Part shown: piece by piece, positions 1 through 9,649 of the stretch | How positions within the stretch are numbered: the first letter of the stretch is position 1 | How the letters are laid out: each line of letters starts with the position of its first letter | The notes under the pieces: generated by a model | What the model was told of the DNA's origin: nothing | What the model saw: only the letters and a program-made list of their open reading frames with translations | Databases searched by the model: none | Made by a program: the position numbers and the translations under genes | DNA from: Candidatus Fermentibacteraceae bacterium | Lineage (GTDB): Bacteria > Fermentibacterota > Fermentibacteria > Fermentibacterales > JCC-6 | Length of the DNA stretch: 64,000 bases | Reading direction: 5' to 3' | Assembly (NCBI GenBank): GCA_041750285.1 | Contig: JBGSZS010000004.1 | Coordinates: 32,001-96,000 of the forward strand

Positions 1-131
1 AGCAGGGAAGGTTCCGTTCCCCACTCCCGGGCCATGCGGGCCAGGGCCACGGTGTCGTCCCTTTCGTTGGCCAGCCCGACGGGGCACGCCCCGCAGTTCA
101 GGCCGCAATAAGAATCGTGCCGGACCTTCAT
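1..131 (-). CDS. DUF3795-like Cys-rich protein (N-terminus only; runs off window edge)
   Basis: Manual translation from ATG at 131: MKVRHDSYCGLNCGACPVGLANE..., with a CGLxCxxC motif. Confidence 0.7.
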   Translation of the reverse strand, partial: MKVRHDSYCGLNCGACPVGLANERDDTVALARMAREWGTEPSL

Positions 132-155
132 TTCCCTTCGCCCCCGTTCGTGAAA

Positions 156-2306
156 CTACGCCCCGTCGAGCACCTCTCTGACCCGGGCGGCAAGATCGAC
201 CATCCTGTATGGCTTGCTCAGAAAGCCCCTCGCTCCGCTCGTGAGGTTCTCGCCGTACTGTCCGTAGGCGGAGTGGCCGCTTACGATGAGAACCTTCAGG
301 CCCGGGCTGATCTTCAGCAGCTCGGAGAGGCAACGGTACCCTCCCATGCCGGGCATGTTGAGGTCGAGAAGGACAAGGTCGGTGCCTCCGCTTTCCCCGA
401 ACACCTCGAGCGCCTCTTCGCCACTCCCGGCCGTGAGCACCCTGTATCCCGACATGGTCAGGAATTCCCGGGTCTGCTCGAGGATCAGGGTTTCATCGTC
501 GACGACCAGGATCGTCTCGCCGGTGCCGGGAACGGGCCCGGCATGGCCCTCATCCCCCGAATCGGGTTTCCTGCGCTCAGAAGATGCGGGAAGGAACACT
601 TCGAAGGTGGTGCCCTTCCCCGCCGCGCTTCGGCACCTGATGCACCCGTCATGGTTCTTCACTATGCCGTAGGCCGAAGAAAGGCCGAGACCGGTGCCCT
701 TTCCGGGCTCCTTCGTTGTGAAGAACGGGTTGAACACCTTGTCGATGATCCCGTCCGGGATGCCCTGACCGGAGTCGGTCACCGAGAACACCACGAATTC
801 ACCCGGTTTCACATCACCGTGATCACGGCACATCCCTTCGTCCAGCCGCACGTTCGCCGTAGAGAATTCGAGGCTTCCGCCATCGGGCATCGCGTCGACT
901 GCGTTGGAGGCCAGATTGAGGATGATCTGCTCGATCTGCACGGGGTCCGCCTCCACCATCCGCAGGGCGGGCTCGAGCGCAAGCCTTATCCCGATCATCT
1001 TGGGGATTGTCTGCCCGAGGATGCGCGCGGCGTTGGTGATCTCCCTGTTGAGGTCGAGCGGGACCTTCCTGCTCTCCATGTTCCTGCTGAAGGCCAGAAG
1101 CTGGTTTATCAGGGCCGCCGCCCGCCTGCTTGCTCCGAGGATCTGGGCAAGCTCGGCCGAACCGGGCTCTTTGACGGTCTTTCGGGCGATCAGGAGCTGG
1201 GCGTACCCGCTGATTATCTGGAGTATGTTGTTGAAATCGTGTGCTATTCCGCCTGCCAGGGTGCCAAGCGCCTCCATCTTCTCCGCCTGCTGCAGCCTGA
1301 GCGACTGCGCAAGCAGCTCCTGCTGAGCAATCTGAAGGCTTTGTACCTTTTCGTTCAACCTGCGTTTCAGATAGAGCGTAATCACTGTAAGGCAGATGAG
1401 CATGGCGCCGGCGAACAGCGCGATCAGCCCGAGGGTTCTCTTGGCCCCGGGGCTCAGCCCCTGATGGGCCTCCATGGAGATCCAGCCCCTCTGCATGGCT
1501 TCGAGCTCGCTCGGGGGAATGTCTGCGAGAGCCTTGCGAAGCGCGCTGTAAAGAAGCGGGTACTCCCGGCTGACACCTATGCTCCATTCGAAGAAGAAGC
1601 CGGTTGTGCCGGAAACACGCAGGTTCGAGAGGCCCTCGAGGTCTGTGTAGTACGCGGCCACCGCCAGGTTCTCGACAAAGGCGTCCACCTCCCCGAAAGA
1701 AACCGCCCTCAGACCCTCGGGAACGTTCCAGAGGGGTATGACCTCGTACCTTCCCTGATTGAGGCTTCGAACGTACTGCTCCGATGCGTAGCCCGATACG
1801 ACAGCCACATCGAGCCCGGCAAGGTCGTCGAGGCTCAAAGCACCCTGTTTCGACCTGGTCGTTATGATCACAACCGGCACCGTGGCGTACGGGGGCGAGA
1901 AGAAGGCGAATTCCTCCCTCTCCGGAGTGCGGACTATCGTTGGCGCAATGGCGCACTCACCGGAAGCGAGCGCCTCAAGGTGACGGTTCCAGTCCGGGCA
2001 GGGTACCCTTGGAAAGGTCACGCCAAGCCTTTCCTCGACTGCCGCCATCACGTCGGCGCCCAGACCGATGAACTGCCCCTCTGAAGACATGAACTCGATG
2101 GGCGGGAAGTCTGTGTTGTAGAAGAGGAAGAGGCTGTCGGCGTTGGCGTCGAGCCATGCCCTTTCCTCGGGGGTCAGAACGGTCGGACCGGCGCCTTTGT
2201 GTGGATGGAAGAAGACCGCGGCCAAAAGGAAGAAGGCAAGAGCGAGAAGCGGAAGCAGGAAGATCTTCCGGCGTAATGGACGCAACAGGTCCCTTCTCTC
2301 GCTCAT
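156..2306 (-). CDS. Hybrid sensor histidine kinase/response regulator with periplasmic substrate-binding sensor domain
   Basis: TM, SBP_bac_3-like domain, TM, H-box (GGIAHDFNN), HATPase (NLASNA, DSGQGI, FFTTK, GTGLGL) and C-terminal receiver (LVVDD, LLDLNMP). Confidence 0.93.
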   Translation of the reverse strand: MSERRDLLRPLRRKIFLLPLLALAFFLLAAVFFHPHKGAGPTVLTPEERAWLDANADSLFLFYNTDFPPIEFMSSEGQFIGLGADVMAAVEERLGVTFPRVPCPDWNRHLEALASGECAIAPTIVRTPEREEFAFFSPPYATVPVVIITTRSKQGALSLDDLAGLDVAVVSGYASEQYVRSLNQGRYEVIPLWNVPEGLRAVSFGEVDAFVENLAVAAYYTDLEGLSNLRVSGTTGFFFEWSIGVSREYPLLYSALRKALADIPPSELEAMQRGWISMEAHQGLSPGAKRTLGLIALFAGAMLICLTVITLYLKRRLNEKVQSLQIAQQELLAQSLRLQQAEKMEALGTLAGGIAHDFNNILQIISGYAQLLIARKTVKEPGSAELAQILGASRRAAALINQLLAFSRNMESRKVPLDLNREITNAARILGQTIPKMIGIRLALEPALRMVEADPVQIEQIILNLASNAVDAMPDGGSLEFSTANVRLDEGMCRDHGDVKPGEFVVFSVTDSGQGIPDGIIDKVFNPFFTTKEPGKGTGLGLSSAYGIVKNHDGCIRCRSAAGKGTTFEVFLPASSERRKPDSGDEGHAGPVPGTGETILVVDDETLILEQTREFLTMSGYRVLTAGSGEEALEVFGESGGTDLVLLDLNMPGMGGYRCLSELLKISPGLKVLIVSGHSAYGQYGENLTSGARGFLSKPYRMVDLAARVREVLDGA

Positions 2307-2411
2307 TCGGTGGAAACCCCATTCCCAGTGAAAACAGTACGCGAAGGAAGCTATAAACGATACGCCCGGCGGTCATGCCCGTCAAACCGCTGGAGCTTGC
2401 GGCCGCAGAAC

Positions 2412-2443
2412 AAAAAAGCCCCGGAAGCGGAAGCTTCCGGGGC
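2412..2443 (-). terminator. Intrinsic terminator of RRM gene 1
   Basis: Minus strand GCCCCGGAAGC-TTCC-GCTTCCGGGGC-TTTTTT. Confidence 0.9.
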
Positions 2444-2458
2444 CGTTCATGCTGGCTT

Positions 2459-2746
2459 CTAGTAGCGGGGCGGTCTTCTGGGGCCGGCGTTCCTGGGGCG
2501 ATCCTCCCGCGGACGGGCCTCGTTCACCCTGATGTCGCGGCCTCCAACTTCCCTGCCGTCAAGGGCGCTGATGGCGGACTCTGCGGCGGCCTTGTCGGCC
2601 ATCTCGACGAAACCGAAGCCCTTGGGCCTCCCGGTGTCCCTGTCGGTGATGATCCTTGCGCTCGTTACCTCTCCGAACTCGGCGAAGAGTTCTTCAAGCT
2701 GTTTCTCGGTCATGTCGTACGACAGGTTTCCAACGTAGATGTTCAT
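2459..2746 (-). CDS. RRM (RNP-1) RNA-binding protein, copy 1
   Basis: MNIYVGNL (RNP2) and KGFGFVEM (RNP1); AGGAG RBS; start trimmed to ATG 2746. Confidence 0.95.
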   Translation of the reverse strand: MNIYVGNLSYDMTEKQLEELFAEFGEVTSARIITDRDTGRPKGFGFVEMADKAAAESAISALDGREVGGRDIRVNEARPREDRPRNAGPRRPPRY

Positions 2747-2814
2747 TTCTCTCCTAAGTGCAAAACACCCTATCCAAGGGCCTGGCCATACTGAACATCG
2801 TTGTTCAGCACGCA

Positions 2815-2843
2815 AAACTAATTGAAGGGAAAAAGCCCGTCAA
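2815..2843 (-). promoter_or_regulatory. Putative sigma70 promoter of RRM gene 1
   Basis: TTGACG-17nt-TAGTTT on minus strand. Confidence 0.6.
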
Positions 2844-2871
2844 GTATATGCCGACAGGGAGCATAGGCAAG

Positions 2872-2902
2872 AAAAAACCCCGAAGGCGTGAGCCTTCGGG
2901 GT
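2872..2902 (-). terminator. Intrinsic terminator of RRM gene 2
   Basis: Minus strand ACCCCGAAGGC-TCAC-GCCTTCGGGGT followed by T run. Confidence 0.9.
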
Positions 2903-2918
2903 CTTCTGGAACCGTTCT

Positions 2919-3212
2919 TTAGAAACGGGGCCTTCTGGGACCGCTGCTGCTGTTGCTCCGGGGACGGTCTTCCCTGGGGGTGGCTTCGTTGACCCTGAGG
3001 TCACGACCGCCTACTTCCCTGCCGTCGAGAGAACTGATGGCAGCTTCGGCTGCTGACTTGTCAGCCATTTCAACGAACCCGAAGCCCTTGGGTCTTCCGG
3101 TGTCCCTGTCGGTTATGAGACGTGCGCTTGTGACCTCTCCGAACTCTGCGAAGAGGGCTTCAAGCTGTTTTTCGGTTGTGTCGTACGACAGGTTTCCCAC
3201 ATAGATATTCAT
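2919..3212 (-). CDS. RRM (RNP-1) RNA-binding protein, copy 2
   Basis: Near-identical paralog of copy 1; RNP1/RNP2 motifs; AGGAG RBS. Confidence 0.95.
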   Translation of the reverse strand: MNIYVGNLSYDTTEKQLEALFAEFGEVTSARLITDRDTGRPKGFGFVEMADKSAAEAAISSLDGREVGGRDLRVNEATPREDRPRSNSSSGPRRPRF

Positions 3213-3274
3213 TTCACTCCTAAAAAGACGCCCACTACGGGCTGATTCAACTGAACATAGTTGTTCAGCCCCCA

Positions 3275-3303
3275 ATGATAATGAGTTCCGGGAGCTGTGT
3301 CAA
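3275..3303 (-). promoter_or_regulatory. Putative sigma70 promoter of RRM gene 2
   Basis: TTGACA-17nt-TATCAT on minus strand. Confidence 0.75.
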
Positions 3304-3492
3304 GTTAAAACTTCATTCACACCCATAAGAATACATGGCAGGACTGACCGCCAGGGGTCACTCCCCCTGCAAGAGATACTTGTATCAACTTTCCATTGTG
3401 TAAATTGATGCAAACAGGCAGGGGCCGTCAACCGGGGGGACGGACCGGTGTTCAACGTGCATATTCCACGGGTACGTCAGGGAGGTCAGGAT

Positions 3493-4149
3493 ATGCTCGA
3501 TCTCAGGGGGCTGTCGGTAGCGGCGGGCGGCAGGGTTCTCGTTTCCGGTATAAGCATCACTCTTGAAAAGGGCGAGATGGTTGCCCTGTGCGGACCCTCC
3601 GGGTGCGGCAAGACCAGCCTTCTGAGGGCCGTGGCCGGGCTCGATGATCCGGCGGGTGGCCATGTACTTCTGAACGGCCTCACCCCATGCGGGATCGGCT
3701 GGCCCCGTTTCAGGCGCAGGGTCGTCCTTGTAGACCAGAGACCCGTGCTTCTCCCGGGAAGCGTCAGGGATAACCTGGCACTCCCCTTTGCCTATGCAGC
3801 TTCCATGGGCGCGCGTTTCCCCGAAGAAGAGGCCCGTACCCTGCTGGAAACCTTTGGTGTCAACCCTGAAAGGTTCACGCAGGAGGCGAGAACCCTCTCC
3901 CAGGGGCAACAGCAGAGGGTCTGCCTCGCCAGGGCCTTCCTTCTGAAACCGGATGTCCTCCTGCTCGATGAGCCCACCAGCGCCCTCGACCCCGAGGCGG
4001 TGTCCTCGGTTGAGAACACGCTCAGAACCGAGACCCTCAGGAGGGGGCTGTCGGCGCTGATAGTCACGCATGACAGGGAGCAGGCACGGAGGCTTTGCGA
4101 CCGAGCGGTTGATCTTTCCGATTTCGGGGCGGTGCAGAATGCCGGTTGA
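3493..4149 (+). CDS. ABC transporter ATP-binding protein (FetA/YbbL-like)
   Basis: GPSGCGKT Walker A, LSQGQQQR signature, LLLDEPT Walker B; GGAGG RBS. Confidence 0.9.
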   Translation: MLDLRGLSVAAGGRVLVSGISITLEKGEMVALCGPSGCGKTSLLRAVAGLDDPAGGHVLLNGLTPCGIGWPRFRRRVVLVDQRPVLLPGSVRDNLALPFAYAASMGARFPEEEARTLLETFGVNPERFTQEARTLSQGQQQRVCLARAFLLKPDVLLLDEPTSALDPEAVSSVENTLRTETLRRGLSALIVTHDREQARRLCDRAVDLSDFGAVQNAG

Positions 4150-4948
4150 GAACAGCGTCATCGACCTTTCCACCACCGATGTGATGATCGCCGCAGCCCT
4201 GGTCCTGATCTCCGGCGGAATAAGCGTGGCGCTGAAGCTCAAAATGGAGGGGAAGCTGGCCCTGGCCTCGTTCAGAACCGTTGCCCAGCTTCTTCTCATA
4301 GGTTTCGTGCTGCAGAAGGTGTTCGAGATAAGCACACTTCCCGCCCTTATCCCGGTGGTGCTGTTCATGCTGCTCACGGCCGCCCACACGGCTGTGGGAA
4401 GACCCGCCCGCACCTACGCGGGACTTGGTCCCCTAGCGTTCTGTACGATGGCAGTCACCAGCCTTGCCGTGACCATCACCGCAACGGGGCTGATCATCGG
4501 GGTGGATCCGTGGTTCAGGCCGGCCTATCTCATACCCCTTCTGGGTATGGTGTTGGGGAACACCATGAACGGTGTGTCCCTGGCCACCGATCATTTCCTC
4601 GAGACCCTTTCCGAGCGCCGTCACGAGGTCGAGATGGAGCTTGCAATGGGCGCAACCAGATGGGAGGCGGCGAGAAGGCCCATATCCGATTCGGTGCGCC
4701 GGGGCATGATACCCATCATAAACAGCATGATGGTCGTGGGAGTGGTTTCACTGCCGGGGATGATGACGGGCCAGATCCTTGCCGGCACCGATCCTGCCGT
4801 GGCTGTGAAGTACCAGATCATGATAATGTTCATGATCGCCGCCGGGGCATCCATGGGTTCCATGGGAATGGTGCTGCTCTCGTACAGGCGCCTTTTCAAT
4901 TCGAAGCACCAGCTGCTTTCCGGCCGCATCAGGGCGAGAAGGAAATGA
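4139..4948 (+). CDS. ABC transporter permease (FetB/YbbM, UPF0014 family)
   Basis: RTVAQLLLIG, IPLLGMVLGN and VSLPGMMTGQILAG family motifs; overlaps the ATPase gene. Confidence 0.9.
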   Translation: MPVENSVIDLSTTDVMIAAALVLISGGISVALKLKMEGKLALASFRTVAQLLLIGFVLQKVFEISTLPALIPVVLFMLLTAAHTAVGRPARTYAGLGPLAFCTMAVTSLAVTITATGLIIGVDPWFRPAYLIPLLGMVLGNTMNGVSLATDHFLETLSERRHEVEMELAMGATRWEAARRPISDSVRRGMIPIINSMMVVGVVSLPGMMTGQILAGTDPAVAVKYQIMIMFMIAAGASMGSMGMVLLSYRRLFNSKHQLLSGRIRARRK

Positions 4949-4981
4949 CCCGCTCCGGCCCGGAGGAATGAGGAGGTTGTC

Positions 4982-6403
4982 GTGCTTGTCAAGCATTTTT
5001 TCACACCGAAGATAGCCCACAGCTCGTACATCCTGGCGGGAAGCGCCTCTTGCGCGGTGGTGGATCCCTCCCGTGACACCCGTGCCTACATTCGCGCCGC
5101 GGACGAGCTTGGCGTCAGGATCACCCGTGTTCTCGCAACCCATCTTCATGCGGATTTCGTGTCGGGCCACGCAGACCTCGCGGCCCTCACGGGCGCCGAG
5201 ATCATCGCACCGGCGGCCGCAGGATGCGCCTTCCCGCACCGTGGCGTGGGCAGTGGCGACAGCTTCAATCTGGGAAGCGTTCGCGTGGATGTCCTTGAAA
5301 CGCCGGGCCACACCCCCGCGCACGTCAGCTACGTGGTCACGGATACGGCGAGGGGTGCCTCGCCTGCCGGAGTTTTCTGCGGAGACACCCTTTTCGTGGG
5401 CGATGTGGGCAGACCGGACCTTTTCCCCGGAATGGCTTCGAGCCTCGCGTCACGCCTCTACCACAGCCTGCGAAAACTAATGGAGCTTCCTGACCATTGC
5501 GAGGTCTACCCCGCACACGGCGCCGGTTCGCTCTGCGGACGGTCAATGGCATCCAAGTACACGAGCACCGTCGGGTATGAAAAGAGGTTCAACCCCGCCC
5601 TGCTTATCGGCGATGAGAAGAGTTTCACGGAGTCCCTCACGACGGGAATGCCCCCCGCCCCCGATCACTTCTCCCGGTGCAGCGAGGTAAACCGCCTCGG
5701 GCCCGCGCTTCTTTCGACGCTGGCCCGCCCCGTCCCGCTGGAACCCGCAGCCTTTCTCAGGGCCGTTTCAGAGGGGAACGGCTTCGTCCTCGACGTGAGA
5801 AGGTACGATGCCTTCTCGGCACAGCACGTTCCCGGAGCGTGGAGCATAGACTTCACGGGCAACCTTCCGACCTTTGCAGGCTGGGTCACACCGCCCGGCC
5901 GTGACGTCCTTCTGGTGGCCACCGACCCCGAAGAGGCCCGGGAGGCAACGGTCTGGCTTCGAAGGGTCGGCCTGGACAGGGTAACGGGTTACCTCAGGGG
6001 CGGCATGTCCTCGTGGGCGGCAAACGGTCTGGAGACAGCTGGAATGGGGCTGGTGTCGGTACGTCAGGCAAATGCCGCGGCATCCGCGGGTACGAAGCGC
6101 ATCCTTGACGTTCGCGCCCCCTCGGAGTTCAACGACTTCCACCTCCCCGGCTCGATCAACATCCCGGCCCCCGATCTCCGAAGCCGTTACGGCGAACTCG
6201 ACCCCCGGGAGGCTTTCCTGATCTTCTGCAGCACCGGGCAAAGGTCGGCCCTTGCCGGGTCCATTCTGCTTTCAAGGGGTTTCACCGATGTCTCGTGCGT
6301 GGCGGGTGGCATGAGGGGTTTCCAGGCCGCCTCGCTGGCGCCGGCATGCTCCATGTGTTCCCTCCCCCACGGCCCGAGAACGCAGGAGTCCAAAGCAGAC
6401 TGA
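4982..6403 (+). CDS. MBL-fold metallo-hydrolase (persulfide dioxygenase-like) fused to two rhodanese domains
   Basis: THLHADF, TPGHT, GDTLFVGDVGRPDL, PAHGAGSLCG; rhodanese loop CSTGQRS. Confidence 0.9.
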   Translation: MLVKHFFTPKIAHSSYILAGSASCAVVDPSRDTRAYIRAADELGVRITRVLATHLHADFVSGHADLAALTGAEIIAPAAAGCAFPHRGVGSGDSFNLGSVRVDVLETPGHTPAHVSYVVTDTARGASPAGVFCGDTLFVGDVGRPDLFPGMASSLASRLYHSLRKLMELPDHCEVYPAHGAGSLCGRSMASKYTSTVGYEKRFNPALLIGDEKSFTESLTTGMPPAPDHFSRCSEVNRLGPALLSTLARPVPLEPAAFLRAVSEGNGFVLDVRRYDAFSAQHVPGAWSIDFTGNLPTFAGWVTPPGRDVLLVATDPEEAREATVWLRRVGLDRVTGYLRGGMSSWAANGLETAGMGLVSVRQANAAASAGTKRILDVRAPSEFNDFHLPGSINIPAPDLRSRYGELDPREAFLIFCSTGQRSALAGSILLSRGFTDVSCVAGGMRGFQAASLAPACSMCSLPHGPRTQESKAD

Positions 6404-6434
6404 ACCAGGGGCGGCTCCCGCTGCGGGACGGGTG

Positions 6435-9400
6435 CTATTCCGGGACGGTCTCGCCCTCCATGAGTTTCGCCTCCCGGGAAAAGCCGTCGTTCCAGGCGGC
6501 CCCGATCACGAGGTTTTCATGGCGCTGGCGAAGCAGTTCGAACCAGTCCTCCCTCGCGTTGGCTTCTGTAAGGACGGCATCGGCCTCCTGTGTGCGGCCC
6601 ATCCCGTGGAGCTTTTGCGCGAGCAGTCCCGCGGCACGGAACGATGCCCTCGGTGATCCGCCGAGCATCCTTTCCCGAAGGGTCCCGACCGCGTCGGACG
6701 GGTTCGTGAGCATGATCCCGATCCAGATCCGCTGAAGCTCCAGCTCCTCCCGGGTGATGCTTATGCTGTTTATGCTTATCGGCGCCAGACAGGTGCTCCC
6801 CACCGCCCTCAAAGCCCGCTCGACGGAGTTCAATGAAGCCCCGGGGTCGCCGGTACGCTCGAGTATCAATGAATTCGTGTAAAGGGCCGCAGGACAATCG
6901 GGCCTCTTGTGAAGCGGCTCCTTGATGGCTTCGGCAGCCAGCTCGACATGCCCGTTTTCGAGGAGCATCCTGCACCTTATCAGTTCCATTTCCCTCATGA
7001 ACTCCGGGTCGTCGAGCCGCTCCGCGCTGTTCATCACTTCCCTCGTCCCGGCTTCGACCCTCCGGTTTTGAAAGGCATGGTACTCGGCATCCACCCCGAG
7101 CGCGCGGCAGCAGGTCCTGCCATAGAACGAGGCCTGCTCAATGGCGGCCCTTTCAGCTTCCCTGAGATGTTTCAGAGCGGTGACGGGCTGACCCGCAAGA
7201 AGATGGAACTCGCCGATGTCGTGGAGGAAGTACCAGTGGAAAGTGTAGTCACCGGCACGGTGACTGAGCATCTCACGGCACGCCTGATACCCCACCCCGG
7301 GCATGTTCATGGCGATCGCGCAGAAAAGCTTCTTGTGTGCGATCTGCACGAGGTACTCACCGTGACGGTGCATGGACCGGTCCAGAAGCGATTCGGCCTC
7401 GGTCAGCCGTTCCAGTGCCTCGGGTGCCCTGCAGGCCCTGCTCAGGGAATCCGAGAGCCTTATGAGGGTGTCGATCCTGTCGATCCCCGCGGCCGTGGGA
7501 AGGATCCCTTCAAGCTCATGAACCGCCTCGGGGCTTCTTCCCTGAACTCGAAGACTGTCCGCCGCAAGAAGCCTGTGAGCTGAGACCCTCTCCGGAGCGC
7601 CGTGGGCGACTGCGAAATCCGCCGCTTCAAGGGCGCTTTCACGAACCTTCTCCCAGTAGCCGCAGTTCACCAGGGTGCGGATGAGTTCCTCATCGAGGTC
7701 GAACACCTCTTCCGGCACCAGCTGTCCCGCAGCGACCAGCACGGCGGCCTGCGTTCTTGCCCTTTCCAGGCAGGCGATCCCCAGTCCCGGCATCCAGGTC
7801 TTCCGGTTGACGTCGGAACCTTCCCTGTAGTTCATGTACGCCTGCAGGGCGTTGCCGATCTTTTCAAGGTGATACCCGGCTTCGAGGAAGTCGCCGCCGT
7901 GCCTCAGTGTCTCCGCCAGGGCGGAATGGGCGGCGACCAGCACGCTCTGCGGAGCCGAGGAATACACGGCCAGCCTCACGGCATCGTTCGGGAAACGGTA
8001 GCTCAGAAGGGCCTCGCGGCCGGGCGCCAGGACTCCCGCCTTTACCGCGTCGTCAAGAAACCCAAGGACCTCTCCCTCGGTAAGGCCCGTGCCGGCAACG
8101 AGGAAGCCGGGGTCGGGGTTGCCCCTCCGCTCCGCCGAAGCGTGCTGCAGCACCGTGAGGCACTCGCCGGAAAGAGCCATGAGCCTGCTTCTTACAATGC
8201 CCTCCACCCTCTCGGGGATGGACGAGAGCGGTCCTTCCCCTGGCAATCCAATGTCCGAGAACTCTCCGTCCTGGGTACAACCCGCCCTGAGGAACTCGCA
8301 GGCAAAAAGGGGATTGCCCCCCGAGAACCGGAAAGCCTTGTCGGATATCCCGGGCAGCGGTTTTGACGAGCCGAGCCTTGCCCGGACCAGCTCGCCCACC
8401 TGATCGCGGTCGAAGGGCATGAGGTGAAGCCTCCGGAACTGATCCAACCCGGGAAAAAGCGCGGACAGGGCCTCGAGAGCATCCGAGCGTGCCGCGACTA
8501 CGAGGGAGAAACCGGACGGGATCCCGACCCGGAGGGCATAACCGAGAAAAGAGGCAGTCCCGGGATCGAGCCATTGTGCGTTGTCGACAATGAAGACAGC
8601 GGGAAGCCGGGTTGAAAACAGTGCCGAAAGGGCTTCGAGAACGGCCAGGGTATCCGGACGGACCTGCGGAGGAGGCGACCCGGGAAAGAGCCCCGGGAAG
8701 ATACCGCAGAGCACCCGTGTCCAGGGGGTTTCGGGAATGGCGCCGGAAGCCGGCACGAGACCCCTGATCCATGGCAGAAGCGGAGCCCAGGATATTCCGG
8801 ACAGCTCGGGCCTTCCCTCGATACGGCACACCGCAGCATGCTTGAGGCGCGCGGCGGCCTTCTCAAGAAGAAGGGTCTTTCCTGAACCAGCGTCGCCGGT
8901 CAGAAGCACTCCAGCATTCTCTGAAGACGCCGGCGCATCGAGGATCATCTCGAGTTCTCCGGCTCGCCCCACGAAGACGTCATCGTGCCAGAACAGGGTC
9001 TCACCCGTTTCGTGCGCCCTCCTAATGCAGTTTCCGCCGGCGCTCTTCGCCCTGTACATCGCGCGGTCGGCAGCCCTGAGAACGTCGCCCGCCAGGGGCC
9101 CGTGCATGGGAAAGAGTGCCTCTCCAATGCTCGCGGTGACCCCCCAGCGCGGCTTGAGCGTGGTGTTGAACGCTTCGAGAAGCCTCTCGCCAACCCTGTT
9201 CCCCGAATCCGCGCCGGGAACCAGAACCACGAACTCGTCACCGCCGAACCTCACGGCACGGTCGTCGAACCGGACGCGGCCCACCAGCAGCTCCCCCACC
9301 CGCTCGAGGACGGCATCGCCCTCGGCGTGGCCCATCGAGTCATTCACACGCTTGAAGCCGTCCATGTCCAGAAAGAGCAGTGAGAATTCCTGCTCCAGCG

Positions 9401-9530
9401 CGATCAGGGAATCGAGGGCGTGAAGAAGGTACCGGCGGTTGGGCAACCCCGTGAGATCGTCCATCCATGACGATGACCTGTGCGCCGGTATTCCGTACCT
9501 GGTCAGCAGACCGGGGCTGATGCTCAACAA
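6435..9530 (-). CDS. Diguanylate cyclase (GGDEF) fused to AAA/STAND-like ATPase and helical TPR-like region
   Basis: DDLTGLPNRR, DMDGFKRVND, RFGGDEF; FVGR, GDAGSGKT, IVDNAQW, SGGNPLF; start (TTG) uncertain. Confidence 0.85.
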   Translation of the reverse strand: MLSISPGLLTRYGIPAHRSSSWMDDLTGLPNRRYLLHALDSLIALEQEFSLLFLDMDGFKRVNDSMGHAEGDAVLERVGELLVGRVRFDDRAVRFGGDEFVVLVPGADSGNRVGERLLEAFNTTLKPRWGVTASIGEALFPMHGPLAGDVLRAADRAMYRAKSAGGNCIRRAHETGETLFWHDDVFVGRAGELEMILDAPASSENAGVLLTGDAGSGKTLLLEKAAARLKHAAVCRIEGRPELSGISWAPLLPWIRGLVPASGAIPETPWTRVLCGIFPGLFPGSPPPQVRPDTLAVLEALSALFSTRLPAVFIVDNAQWLDPGTASFLGYALRVGIPSGFSLVVAARSDALEALSALFPGLDQFRRLHLMPFDRDQVGELVRARLGSSKPLPGISDKAFRFSGGNPLFACEFLRAGCTQDGEFSDIGLPGEGPLSSIPERVEGIVRSRLMALSGECLTVLQHASAERRGNPDPGFLVAGTGLTEGEVLGFLDDAVKAGVLAPGREALLSYRFPNDAVRLAVYSSAPQSVLVAAHSALAETLRHGGDFLEAGYHLEKIGNALQAYMNYREGSDVNRKTWMPGLGIACLERARTQAAVLVAAGQLVPEEVFDLDEELIRTLVNCGYWEKVRESALEAADFAVAHGAPERVSAHRLLAADSLRVQGRSPEAVHELEGILPTAAGIDRIDTLIRLSDSLSRACRAPEALERLTEAESLLDRSMHRHGEYLVQIAHKKLFCAIAMNMPGVGYQACREMLSHRAGDYTFHWYFLHDIGEFHLLAGQPVTALKHLREAERAAIEQASFYGRTCCRALGVDAEYHAFQNRRVEAGTREVMNSAERLDDPEFMREMELIRCRMLLENGHVELAAEAIKEPLHKRPDCPAALYTNSLILERTGDPGASLNSVERALRAVGSTCLAPISINSISITREELELQRIWIGIMLTNPSDAVGTLRERMLGGSPRASFRAAGLLAQKLHGMGRTQEADAVLTEANAREDWFELLRQRHENLVIGAAWNDGFSREAKLMEGETVPE

Positions 9531-9600
9531 AGCCTCCTTCGCTGGAGTGTTTTCTGCGAAGAAAGGCCGGGCAAGTCAAGGCTGAACCTGTGGGACAGGG

Positions 9601-9641
9601 AGGGCGCCCCGCCTCCACTACCGGGAATGGCGGGGCACCCT
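9601..9641 (-). terminator. 13-bp hairpin just downstream of FG-GAP gene A (no U-tract)
   Basis: Minus strand AGGGTGCCCCGCC...GGCGGGGCGCCCT. Confidence 0.5.
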
Positions 9642-9649
9642 GAAGAAAA

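Noticed and set aside
117..2084. Long plus-strand 655-aa ORF and similar antisense ORFs (e.g. 19687-20967, 45320-46753)
   Set aside because: Shadow frames opposite well-supported genes in GC-rich DNA, with no recognisable motifs
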